A stretch of DNA of 64,000 bases, from positions 3,366-67,365 of the forward strand of contig DAOUAM010000054.1 of assembly GCA_034433305.1 (NCBI GenBank), in the 5' to 3' direction. The notes beneath the pieces were generated by a model that was not told the origin of the DNA, searched no databases, and was given only the letters and a program-made list of their open reading frames with translations. How positions within the stretch are numbered: position 1 is the first letter of the stretch; each line of letters begins with the position of its first letter. Position numbers and translations under genes: made by a program. Positions 8,613 through 17,200 of this stretch are shown one piece after another. Source of the DNA: Dehalococcoidia bacterium. Lineage in GTDB: Bacteria > Chloroflexota > Dehalococcoidia > Lucifugimonadales > DAOUAM01.

Positions 8613-9377
8613 TCACCGCCACTGCTCGGCGCTGTCTTGGGGCTGGTAGCCAATGGCTTCCTGGGCGTCGCCGATGTCCCAGAACCGCCACCTGTTGTTG
8701 GAGACGCCGTAGAAAATGGCGAAGCGCAGGTCATCGGGTGCCTCGATGCAGCGCTCCACCAGGTGGGCCAGGTCCCGGTGGGTGAGCAGCGTGGCGAAGT
8801 GGCGCTGGACCAGCGGCCGGCTCTGCCGGTTCAGGGTGCCGATGCGCAGGCAGATGACAGATAGCCCGTGCTGGTCCGAGTAGAACCGGCCCGCGGCCTC
8901 GCCCAAGGCCTTGCCTATGCCGTAGGGGCCGTCGGGCCGTATGGGCATGCGCGTCGTGATGAGGGGGACCTTGCGGGGGTCAAGCCCCTGGTAGTTGCCA
9001 GCCACGATGGCCGAGTAGGGGTAGTCGTTCTCGTACATACCCGTGACGTGGTTGGAGCTGGCAAAGATTACGCGCTTCACTCCGGCCCTCCTGGCCGCCT
9101 CCAAGGCGTTATAGGTGCAGGCGATGTTGTTGCGGTATACCACCTCCCAGGGGCTGTTCTGGTCGGGGTTGGAGGCCAGGTCAATGACCACGTCCTTGCC
9201 TTGAAAGGCGGGCAGTAGCGCCTGGAGGTCCGTGGTGTCGGCCACCAGCGAATCGAAGCCCTGCACAGGCTTGATGTCCACGCCGCTCAGGGCGTACTTC
9301 TCGGCCAGCGCCGCGCGAAGCACACCGCCGACGAGGCCGGCCGCACCGGTTATCAACACATTCTTCATGGTTGGCAT
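8613..9377 (-). CDS. NAD-dependent epimerase/dehydratase family protein (extended SDR)
   Basis: NVLITGAAGLVGG Rossmann motif and a YGIGKALGE catalytic YxxxK. Confidence 0.75.
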   Translation of the reverse strand: MPTMKNVLITGAAGLVGGVLRAALAEKYALSGVDIKPVQGFDSLVADTTDLQALLPAFQGKDVVIDLASNPDQNSPWEVVYRNNIACTYNALEAARRAGVKRVIFASSNHVTGMYENDYPYSAIVAGNYQGLDPRKVPLITTRMPIRPDGPYGIGKALGEAAGRFYSDQHGLSVICLRIGTLNRQSRPLVQRHFATLLTHRDLAHLVERCIEAPDDLRFAIFYGVSNNRWRFWDIGDAQEAIGYQPQDSAEQWR

Positions 9378-9510
9378 AGCATCTGGACTCCCGAAGGTGT
9401 TTTCTGGCAGGTGGGATTATACCACCAGGCCCTCCCCTTCAGACTGGCATGACTGGCCGCCATCGCCTGCCCGCGCCCGTGCACCTGTGCCCAGGATATC
9501 CTCAAATACC

Positions 9511-9539
9511 TTGCTTAGAAAAGTGAAGCGCCGTATAAT
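9511..9539 (+). promoter_or_regulatory. Sigma-70-like promoter (TTGCTT, 17 nt, TATAAT)
   Basis: TTGCTT at 9511-9516 and a consensus TATAAT at 9534-9539. It sits about 180 nt upstream of the DUF5679 ORF. Confidence 0.5.
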
Positions 9540-9717
9540 TAGCGTTGCTCGCGGTGCCGCTGTCCCTTTTTCGCACCGGAGGCAGTCCATCCCCGGAACT
9601 ATCGGACGCTTCCGGCCGGCAGTCGCGGAGGGTGCCGCTCCTCCAGCTCGATCCAGCTCCCTTGATGAACGGGTCTTCGGTCTCATAACTCTTGACTTTG
9701 CCCCTGGAGGTTGTTTT

Positions 9718-9858
9718 ATGCAGGCTTATTGTCTCAAGTGTCGTGACCATCGCGAAATCCAGAACGCCCAGCCCATCACGCTGAAGAACGGCAGGCCGGC
9801 CACCCGTGGCACCTGCTCCAAGTGCGGCTCCCCGGTGTTCCGAATCGGCAAGGCCTGA
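9718..9858 (+). CDS. DUF5679-like small zinc-ribbon protein
   Basis: 46 aa: MQAYCLKCRDHREIQNAQPITLKNGRPATRGTCSKCGSPVFRIGKA, with two CxxC pairs. GGAGG upstream of ATG 9718. Confidence 0.65.
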   Translation: MQAYCLKCRDHREIQNAQPITLKNGRPATRGTCSKCGSPVFRIGKA

Positions 9859-10108
9859 TGCCTGGCCGGTTAGCACCTCGCCCGCCACGCGGCAGCGGGC
9901 ACCATGGCTTGCAGGGCCAGCGGCAGTGCGTGCATCCCTTCTCCCGCTTGAAGCCCCGGCATTGCCAGAGTCAAGCACCCTCAGGGCCTTGCCTACCCAC
10001 GCCGCGTACTTCCAGGGGCAGGGCCGGCTTATAAGTCTGTCAGCGCGACAGTCCGGGGTGTAGCGTCCAACGCTCCGGACTGTCGCAGGACAGCCTGCCC
10101 CAAGCGTC

Positions 10109-10645
10109 TCAGGCTGGCGTGCATGTGCCCCTGGCCAGGTCGAAGTAGTGTTCGCGCCTGCCATCGCCGCCCATGAGAATGACCACGCAGGAAGGCTCTC
10201 CCCCTTCGGCCCATTGCCGATGAATGTTCCTGGGCGAGTCATACCAGTACCCCAGGTCACCCTTCTCGATGTGATGGTCTGAGAAGACCGTTAGCCTGGC
10301 ACGCTGCGGGTCGCTGCCGTCGTCCTCCCGCGTCCAGACAGTGAACCTCTCCCGGCCTGAGATGCCACACTCCACACCCCAGCGGTGATGACTGTGGACC
10401 GGCGTCGGCTGGCCGGATGCAAACCGGGCCACTATCAGGCGAAAGCGGCCCGCCGGGTCAACGTGCAGGACGCGCCCCGGCAAGCCCTGGCTCCCGGACG
10501 ACGGCTCTCCCTGAAGCGTCAGGTCGCCACCCTCAGCGACAAGTCGTTGTAGAAAAGGCCCCATGGCCCAGACACCCTCTGGCGTCCCACCTTTCTCCTT
10601 CAGGACCCTGTCCACCTCGGCGACAAACTCTGCGACCCTGTACAT
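10109..10645 (-). CDS. Cupin-fold protein, cysteine dioxygenase type I-like
   Basis: PVHSHHRWGVECGISG metal-binding cupin motif. AAGGAGG upstream of ATG 10645. The longer 11038 start is unsupported. Confidence 0.6.
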   Translation of the reverse strand: MYRVAEFVAEVDRVLKEKGGTPEGVWAMGPFLQRLVAEGGDLTLQGEPSSGSQGLPGRVLHVDPAGRFRLIVARFASGQPTPVHSHHRWGVECGISGRERFTVWTREDDGSDPQRARLTVFSDHHIEKGDLGYWYDSPRNIHRQWAEGGEPSCVVILMGGDGRREHYFDLARGTCTPA

Positions 10646-10809
10646 GGGAGTCCTCCTTGCCCTGGTACATACCTTCCTGGCCTCTGTGGATAAACTACAT
10701 GCACGCACCCGGAAGGTCAACACGGGCACGCCAGAGTCCTGGCCAGGCGGCCAGAGCGTCGTGGCCACGGAGTGGCTTACGTCCACTGATAGGGCCGGCC
10801 CATCCAGCT

Positions 10810-11379
10810 TCAGGCAGGCGCTGGGCCGTCCGATGCCCTGGGAAGCCAGTGAAGAAGGCACCAGGCGCCGCCGGCCAGGGCAGGCACCAGGCCCCAGAAC
10901 ACGGCGAAGAGACCCAGCATCAGGCGGGATGCGTCCGGCCCAACAGTGCCGCTGACAGACCAGGCCATGATGCGGGCCAGCAGCGCCACGCCCAGGAGGT
11001 GCGCCAGGAATGCCCCCGCGCCCAGGCCGGCCAGCCACGCCAGCCGTTGCAGCGGCCCCAGGCCCACCCAGGCCAGCACCAGCACGGCCAGCAGCACAAG
11101 CCCGTAGTGCAGGGCCAGGCCATCGAAGGAGATGGGCACACTGCCAGGCGGCGACGCAATGAGGAACTTGGGGCCGACGGCCCTGAGAGAAACCTCCGCT
11201 GGCAGCAGCGGCCGGGCCAGCGTCACCAGCGCCCTGTTGTAAGGCCCCGCCACGCTGGGCCAGAGCACGGCCAGCAGCAGGAGCGCCACCAGGGCGCGAA
11301 GGCCGAAGTAGAGCAGCCTAGCGGTGCCAGGCAATTCCGACGCGCTCCGTCCACCACAGCCACAGGCCAATGGCCACAA
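10810..11379 (-). CDS. Polytopic membrane protein downstream of the exosortase-like gene (start uncertain)
   Basis: Several hydrophobic helices (LVALLLLAVLWPS, LVLLAVLVLAWVGL, FLAHLLGVALLA, LGLFAVFWGLVPALAGG). It overlaps the upstream gene. An alternative TTG start exists at 11334. Confidence 0.45.
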   Translation of the reverse strand: MWPLACGCGGRSASELPGTARLLYFGLRALVALLLLAVLWPSVAGPYNRALVTLARPLLPAEVSLRAVGPKFLIASPPGSVPISFDGLALHYGLVLLAVLVLAWVGLGPLQRLAWLAGLGAGAFLAHLLGVALLARIMAWSVSGTVGPDASRLMLGLFAVFWGLVPALAGGAWCLLHWLPRASDGPAPA

Positions 11380-11812
11380 CGACGATGGCCGTCTGCCACA
11401 CCAGCAGATGGGCCACCGAAAGGTACCTGGGGAAGGTGGAGCCTATCCAGAACAGGGTGGCAATGCGGACCAGGTTGACGAGGGTAAGCACAACGACGCC
11501 CAGCAGTACGCCGCCGGCCCTGGCCTTCAGCGACGCGGGACAGGCCAGCACCGCGCCGGCGAACAGCACCATGGGGCCGATGGCCGTACACTCGGCCACG
11601 ATGCTGACCGCGAAGCCCGGCGAGTACACCACCACCCCATCGGCGCTGGTGGACGCGCCCAGCAGGTCCAGGAGGCGGCTCGCCCACGCGGCGTTCCAGC
11701 GCTGCAGGGCCAGCAGCCAGGACTGGCCCACCGCACCATAGTACAGCCCCACGGCCAGCGCGAGGCTGCCCGCCAGCGCCAGCGTCATCCTGGCCACGAT
11801 GGTCCTGCTCAT
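11318..11812 (-). CDS. Exosortase/archaeosortase family protein (short form)
   Basis: Candidate Cys/Arg/His catalytic elements in the expected order within TM helices: VAECTAIGPM, LVNLVRIATLFW, SVAHLLVW. Confidence 0.6.
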   Translation of the reverse strand: MSRTIVARMTLALAGSLALAVGLYYGAVGQSWLLALQRWNAAWASRLLDLLGASTSADGVVVYSPGFAVSIVAECTAIGPMVLFAGAVLACPASLKARAGGVLLGVVVLTLVNLVRIATLFWIGSTFPRYLSVAHLLVWQTAIVVVAIGLWLWWTERVGIAWHR

Positions 11813-12066
11813 GGGAGTTGGCCCTGATTGACACTCTTCACGAAGGTCATTACAATCTGGCTTCCGGGCACCGCCGACGCCGTCCAAGCTGAGTGTCCTC
11901 ACGAGGCTCATGCGCGCCCCTCTCCTCGTACGGGACTTGCCCGGGGCGCGTACCCACACTACCGCCTCTCGGACATCTGCCCCTGTGCAGGGGCTTTCAC
12001 AAGGTAAGCTAAACAGCTAAACTCAGAGTGACACCAGTGTAATCCCACGCACGCAAGAGACCTGCC

Positions 12067-14718
12067 ATGAAAAGCTATGAGATCAGAGAGTCCTTCCTGC
12101 GCTTCTTCGAAAGCAAGGGCCACCTGAGGGTGCCCAGCTCCTCGCTGATTCCCGTGGGCGACCCCACGCTGCTCCTGACCAACGCGGGCATGGTGCAGTT
12201 CAAGCCCTACTTCGCTGGAGAGGCGAAGCCTCCCAGGCGTCGCCTCACCTCGGTCCAGAAGTCCTTCAGGACGGTGGACATTGACGAGGTGGGAGACTCC
12301 ACTCACCTGACACTCTTCGAGATGCTGGGCAACTTCAGCATTGGCGACTACTTCAAGAAGGACGCCATAGCCTTCGCCCTGGAGTACGTGACCCGCGTGC
12401 TGGGGCTGCCCAGAGAGCGCTTCTCCATGACCGTCCACCACAGCGACGACGAAGCGTTCAACCTCTGGCGCCAGCAGGGCATTCCGGCGGAGCGCATCTA
12501 CCGGTTCGGGGACAAGGACAACTGGTGGGGGCCTGCCGGCCTGGAAGGCCCCACCGGCCCGTGCAGCGAGCTACACTACGACTTCGGTGCTGGCAGGGGA
12601 TGCCGCCAGCCCAACTGCGGCCCCAACTGCGCTAATCCCATGGACGAGGAGGGCCACCGCTGCAACAGGTTCGTGGAGCTGTGGAACCTGGTGTTCATGC
12701 AGTTCTACCACCACCTGGACGGCCACCGCACACCACTGCCGGCGCCCAGCGTGGACACAGGCATGGGCCTGGAGCGCGCCTCCGTGGTCATGCAGGACGT
12801 GGACACCATTTACAAGACGGACCTCTTCACTCCGCTCATCGGCAAGGTGGAGCAGCTCACGGGCCGGCGCTACGGCGACAACCTGGAGTCCGACTATGCC
12901 ATGCACGTGGTGTCGGAGCATGGGCGCAGCGCTTCTTTCCTGATAGCTGATGGCGTCGTGCCGGGCAACGAGGGGCGCGGCTACGTCCTGCGCCGGGTAG
13001 TCCGCCGGGCCATCCGCTTCGGCAGGCGCCTGGGGCTGGAAAGGGCCTTCCTGGGCGACATCGCCAGCGTCGTCATTGACAACATGGGCGAGTACTACCC
13101 GGAGCTACGCAACCACCGGGACTTCATCCTCACCGTGCTGAAGCTGGAGGAGGACAGGTTCCAGCAGGCCTTCCAGCACGGCTACTCCATCCTCCTGGAC
13201 GAGCTGGAGGGCAAGGCGACGCTGCCCGGCGAGGTGGTGTTCCGCCTGTGGGACACCTACGGCTTCCCGGTGGAGATGACCCAGGAGATAGCCCGCGAGA
13301 AGGGCGTGGAAGTGGACGTGGCCGGCTTCCAGCGGGAGATGGAGGCGCAGCGGGAGCGCGCCAGGGCCACGGCCCAGTTTGGCGGCGACAGGGCCAGGGT
13401 GCGCGTGTACGAGGGCCTTGGCATCGGCGCCACCAGGTTCCTGGGCTACGAGCGCCTCAGCGGCTCCTCGGTGGTCGTTGGCCTCATTTCCGGCAACCAG
13501 GCCGTCAGCCAGGTCTCCCAGGGGCAGGAGGTGGAGGTCGTGCTGGTGGAGACGCCCTTCTACCCCGAGGGCGGCGGCCAGGTGGGCGACGCCGGCGAGA
13601 TCGCAGGCCCACGTGGCAAGGTAGCCGTCCGCGATACGCAGATGGTGCTGCCCGACCTCATCGTCCACTTCGGCACGGTAGCCCAGGGCACTCTTTCCCT
13701 GGGCGACACGGTGGACGCCTACGTGGACCCGGTGCGGCGAGAGGACACGGCCCGCAACCATACGGCGACGCACCTCATCCACGCCGCGCTGCGGCAGGTG
13801 CTGGGGCCTCACGTGCGCCAGGCAGGCTCGCTAGTGGCCCCGGACAGGCTGCGCTTCGACTTCACCCACGTCAAGCCCATGACGGAGCAGGAAATCTGGG
13901 ACGTAGAGTGGCTGGTCAACGAGAAGATACGGCAGAACGCCAGGGTCACCAAGAGCGAGGATACCTACAGCGAGGCCATTCGACGGGGCGCGCTGGCCTT
14001 CTTCGGCGACAAGTACGGCGACAAGGTGCGGCTGGTGGAGATAGCCAACGGCGCCACCTTCAGCTTCGAGGTGTGCGGCGGCACCCACGTGGACCGCACC
14101 GGCGAGCTTGGCGCGGTGTACATCCTGGGCGAGTCCAGCATAGGCGCCGGCGTGCGCAGGCTGGAGGCCGTCAGTGGCAGGGCCGCTGAAAGGCTCGTCT
14201 GGGAGCGGCTCCGCCGGGAGGAGAGGCTGGCCCGCAGGCTACAGGCCACACCCTCGGAGCTGGAGAGCAAGCTGGATGCCCTGCTCACAGAGCTTGAGAC
14301 CTTGCGGCACGAAAAGGAGGGGCTGGAGCGCAAGGCCTCGCTCCAGGCCGCCGAGGGCCTGCTGGCATCGCGGCGCGAGGTCAACGGCGTGAACGTCCTG
14401 GCGGCCCGCGCCTCCGCGCCCAGCGCCGACGCCCTGCGGGAGATAAGCGACTGGCTCAGGGACAAGCTGGGCAGCGGTGTGGTCGTCCTCGGCCTGGAAC
14501 TGGATGGCAGGGCCACCATCAATGTCAGCGTGACACCAGACCTGGTGGCCCGAGGGATTGACGCCCGCGAGATAGCCCGCGAGCTGGGCAAGGTCATCCA
14601 GGGCGGCGGTGGCGGAAGGCCAGAGATGGCCCAGGCCGGCGGGCGCCGCCCGGACCGACTGCAGGAGGCCCTGGACATGGCGCCCGGGCTTGTCAAGGAG
14701 AAGGGCCTGGCACCTTGA
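12067..14718 (+). CDS. alaS: Alanine--tRNA ligase
   Basis: 883 aa. FFESKGH..PTLLLTNAGMVQFKPYF, the HxxxH/CGGTH editing-domain motifs and a C-terminal DHHA1-like domain. Confidence 0.97.
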   Translation: MKSYEIRESFLRFFESKGHLRVPSSSLIPVGDPTLLLTNAGMVQFKPYFAGEAKPPRRRLTSVQKSFRTVDIDEVGDSTHLTLFEMLGNFSIGDYFKKDAIAFALEYVTRVLGLPRERFSMTVHHSDDEAFNLWRQQGIPAERIYRFGDKDNWWGPAGLEGPTGPCSELHYDFGAGRGCRQPNCGPNCANPMDEEGHRCNRFVELWNLVFMQFYHHLDGHRTPLPAPSVDTGMGLERASVVMQDVDTIYKTDLFTPLIGKVEQLTGRRYGDNLESDYAMHVVSEHGRSASFLIADGVVPGNEGRGYVLRRVVRRAIRFGRRLGLERAFLGDIASVVIDNMGEYYPELRNHRDFILTVLKLEEDRFQQAFQHGYSILLDELEGKATLPGEVVFRLWDTYGFPVEMTQEIAREKGVEVDVAGFQREMEAQRERARATAQFGGDRARVRVYEGLGIGATRFLGYERLSGSSVVVGLISGNQAVSQVSQGQEVEVVLVETPFYPEGGGQVGDAGEIAGPRGKVAVRDTQMVLPDLIVHFGTVAQGTLSLGDTVDAYVDPVRREDTARNHTATHLIHAALRQVLGPHVRQAGSLVAPDRLRFDFTHVKPMTEQEIWDVEWLVNEKIRQNARVTKSEDTYSEAIRRGALAFFGDKYGDKVRLVEIANGATFSFEVCGGTHVDRTGELGAVYILGESSIGAGVRRLEAVSGRAAERLVWERLRREERLARRLQATPSELESKLDALLTELETLRHEKEGLERKASLQAAEGLLASRREVNGVNVLAARASAPSADALREISDWLRDKLGSGVVVLGLELDGRATINVSVTPDLVARGIDAREIARELGKVIQGGGGGRPEMAQAGGRRPDRLQEALDMAPGLVKEKGLAP

Positions 14719-15140
14719 GAGTCCTGGCGCTGGACGTGGGCGAGCGGCGTATCGGGGTCGCCCTCAGCGACCCGCTGGGCCTCCTTGCCAGGCCGCTCAC
14801 CACCATAACCCGCACCAACGAGCAGGACGACATCGAGGCCGTGTTGCGCCTGGCCCAGGAGCACGGCGCAGAGGAAATCCTGGTGGGCCTGCCCATCTCG
14901 CTGTCTGGCCGGCGAGGCCCCCAGGCCAGGCTGACCGCCCAGTTCATCAGGGCCCTCTCAGCCAGGACTGACTTGCCGGTGAAGTCCAGGGACGAGCGGC
15001 TTTCCTCGGTGGAAGCCGAGCGCCTGCTGAGGGAGTCGGGCATCGAGCCTTCCAGGCAGAAGGCGCTGCTGGACGCCGCAGCCGCTGCCGTCGTCCTCCA
15101 GTCCTACCTGGACTCCCGGCGGCGCGAAGAGGCGCGCTAG
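14715..15140 (+). CDS. ruvX: Holliday junction resolvase-like nuclease RuvX/YqgF
   Basis: RVLALDVGERRIGVALSD motif. The TTG start overlaps the alaS stop codon. Confidence 0.9.
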   Translation: MRVLALDVGERRIGVALSDPLGLLARPLTTITRTNEQDDIEAVLRLAQEHGAEEILVGLPISLSGRRGPQARLTAQFIRALSARTDLPVKSRDERLSSVEAERLLRESGIEPSRQKALLDAAAAAVVLQSYLDSRRREEAR

Positions 15141-15258
15141 CTAGCAGGCACATTGCATGCAACGCCACTGCCAATTGCCCTTGCCTGGCAGGACCTGCAG
15201 CGCTTTTGAGACGCGCCCACAAGAGGGTATGCAGGGGCGGATTTATAAGGACTAACAA

Positions 15259-15450
15259 CCTGGGAGGGTAATTCAGGGCGGCACCATGCCCCCATTCCCT
15301 CGACAGGCTCGGGCCTGTCCTGAGCGTGCCGAAGGAGAGGGGGCTGGCGACTGGCCCCCTTCCTGACCTTCCCCCACAGGGGGCAGGGACTGTTCTCGCC
15401 CCCTCTGGGGGAGAGTCAGAGAGGGGCTGGTCATGCCGTTACCCTGCCTG
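15259..15450 (-). repeat. MITE-like intergenic repeat, copy B (inverted orientation)
   Basis: The reverse complement aligns by eye with copy C over essentially its whole length, and with the first ~80 nt of the copy A core. Confidence 0.6.
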
Positions 15451-15705
15451 CACTCGGCCTGAAAACGCTCAAAGCCAGAGCTGAAGGTGCAGGCACAGGA
15501 CCTTCGCCTGCAAGATGGCCTGCCGGTCCTCCGTTAATAGTTTCGCAAGGGCCGTTCTCCCTTATCGGACGATGTACAGACCTGGGGGGCACGCTTAGAC
15601 TGGGAGCGGCCTTCGCTCCAGACATCCTGGCCGTTGAGCGGCCGGGTACCTGTCGGCGCAGCAGGGCATTGGAAGAGTGGATGCAGGGATGAGTGGGAGG
15701 ACATC

Positions 15706-16155
15706 ATGTCAATGCACGGCAACCAGGCGGAAATCCTGGACCTGATAAAGCAGGACCACGACCAGGTCAAGGAGTTGTTCCAGCGTTTCGAGGAGACCTA
15801 CGAGTCCGACAGGCAACAGGCCAGCGAGATAGCCCAGCAGATCATCTCCGACCTGACCACCCACAGCGAACTGGAAGAGGAACTGGTGTACCCGAGCCTC
15901 AAGCAGCAGGACGAGCGACTCTTCTACGAGGCCCGCGAGGAACACCACGTGGCCGAAGTGCTCCTGGAAGAGCTTGAGGAAATGAGCATCGAAGACCCCT
16001 CTTTCACAGCCAAGATGATGGTGCTGCGAGAGAACGTCACCACTCACATCGAGGAAGAGGAGTCCCAGGTCTTCCAGAAGCTGAGCGAGCTACCAGAGGA
16101 TACCTTGAGAGACATGTCGCAGGCGTGGCGCTCGCGGAAGGCCGCGGTCACGTAG
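15706..16155 (+). CDS. Hemerythrin (HHE cation-binding) domain protein
   Basis: DLIKQDHDQVKELF..HSELEEELVYP..EEHHVAE pattern. GGGAGG upstream of ATG 15706. Confidence 0.8.
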   Translation: MSMHGNQAEILDLIKQDHDQVKELFQRFEETYESDRQQASEIAQQIISDLTTHSELEEELVYPSLKQQDERLFYEAREEHHVAEVLLEELEEMSIEDPSFTAKMMVLRENVTTHIEEEESQVFQKLSELPEDTLRDMSQAWRSRKAAVT

Positions 16156-16210
16156 CGTACCGCCAGCTAAGGCCCCGGCTACTCCTCAAGGCGGCACAGT
16201 GCTTCTCAGC

Positions 16211-16256
16211 CAGCGGGCAGGACGCGCCTGCGTCCTGCCCGCTGCGTTTCTGTTGT
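16211..16256 (+). terminator. Rho-independent terminator
   Basis: Perfect 15-bp stem CAGCGGGCAGGACGC / GCGTCCTGCCCGCTG (16211-16225 / 16230-16244) with a 4-nt loop, followed by the T-rich tract CGTTTCTGTTGT. Confidence 0.6.
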
Positions 16257-16308
16257 GGCAGCCCTGAAGGCTTGCTATACTATCGGCAGGCTCAGCAAAG
16301 GGCAGGCT

Positions 16309-17172
16309 ATGACGCTACTTGCAGGCATCCTGGGCTACCCACTGGCCCACTCTATCTCGCCGGTCTTTCAGCAAGCCGCTTTCGACTACTGCTCCCTGCC
16401 AGTCCGCTACTGCGCCTGGCCTGTGCCGCCGGAGGGCCTGGCCGGGGAAGTACAGAAGCTGCGGGGTGAACAGTACCTGGGCGCCAATGTGACGGTCCCC
16501 CACAAAGAAGCGGTGCGCGCGTGGCTCGATGCCATGGACCCCTGGGCACAGATCATAGGTGCCGTCAATACCATCGTGCGAGAGGACGGCAAGCTGGTGG
16601 GCTACAATACCGATGCCTATGGGTTCATCCGGGCGCTGAAGGAGCGGGCCGAGTTCAGTCCCGGGGGCCAGCGTGTCCTGCTACTGGGCGCCGGCGGGGC
16701 CGCGCGCGCTGCGGCCTTCGGACTGGCGGAGGAAGGCATCGCATCCCTGGCCATCGCCAACCGGACGCTGGCCAGGGCGCAGGCGCTGGCGGCTGAGGTC
16801 AGCGCCCGCCTTGCCAGCGTGACGGCTATCACGCTGGACGGCCCTGCGCTGCAAGAAGCGGCGTCCAGGGCTGGCCTTATTGTCAACTCCACCACCATGG
16901 GTATGGCCCATGGGAGCGCCGAGGGGCAAAGTCCCCTGCGGGCTGCTGAGATTCCGCCTGGTGCCCTGGTCTATGACATGGTGTACAATCCTGTGGAGAC
17001 GCCCCTGCTGAGGCAGGCGCGGCAGGCGAAGGCCCGGACTCTCGGCGGCCTTCCCATGCTCATCTACCAGGGCGCGGCGGCCTTCGAGCGCTGGACAGGC
17101 CGAAAGGCGCCCGTGGAAGTGATGTTCCGTGCTGGCGAGGCGGCGCTGGCGAAGCTGGCCGCCTCCGGCTGA
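16309..17172 (+). CDS. aroE: Shikimate dehydrogenase
   Basis: LLAGILGYPLAHSISPVFQQAAF, GANVTVPHK, LLLGAGGAARA and NSTTMGM motifs. Confidence 0.9.
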   Translation: MTLLAGILGYPLAHSISPVFQQAAFDYCSLPVRYCAWPVPPEGLAGEVQKLRGEQYLGANVTVPHKEAVRAWLDAMDPWAQIIGAVNTIVREDGKLVGYNTDAYGFIRALKERAEFSPGGQRVLLLGAGGAARAAAFGLAEEGIASLAIANRTLARAQALAAEVSARLASVTAITLDGPALQEAASRAGLIVNSTTMGMAHGSAEGQSPLRAAEIPPGALVYDMVYNPVETPLLRQARQAKARTLGGLPMLIYQGAAAFERWTGRKAPVEVMFRAGEAALAKLAASG

Positions 17173-17200
17173 CGGCGCGCTGGCACCTCCATACCTGGAC

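Noticed and set aside
9502-10260. 252-aa minus-strand ORF, and ORFs 9232-9858 and 10417-11478, covering the region between the epimerase and the exosortase genes
   Set aside because: Their composition is low-complexity (Gly/Ala/Arg/Pro). They overlap the better-supported DUF5679 and cupin genes and have no motifs.
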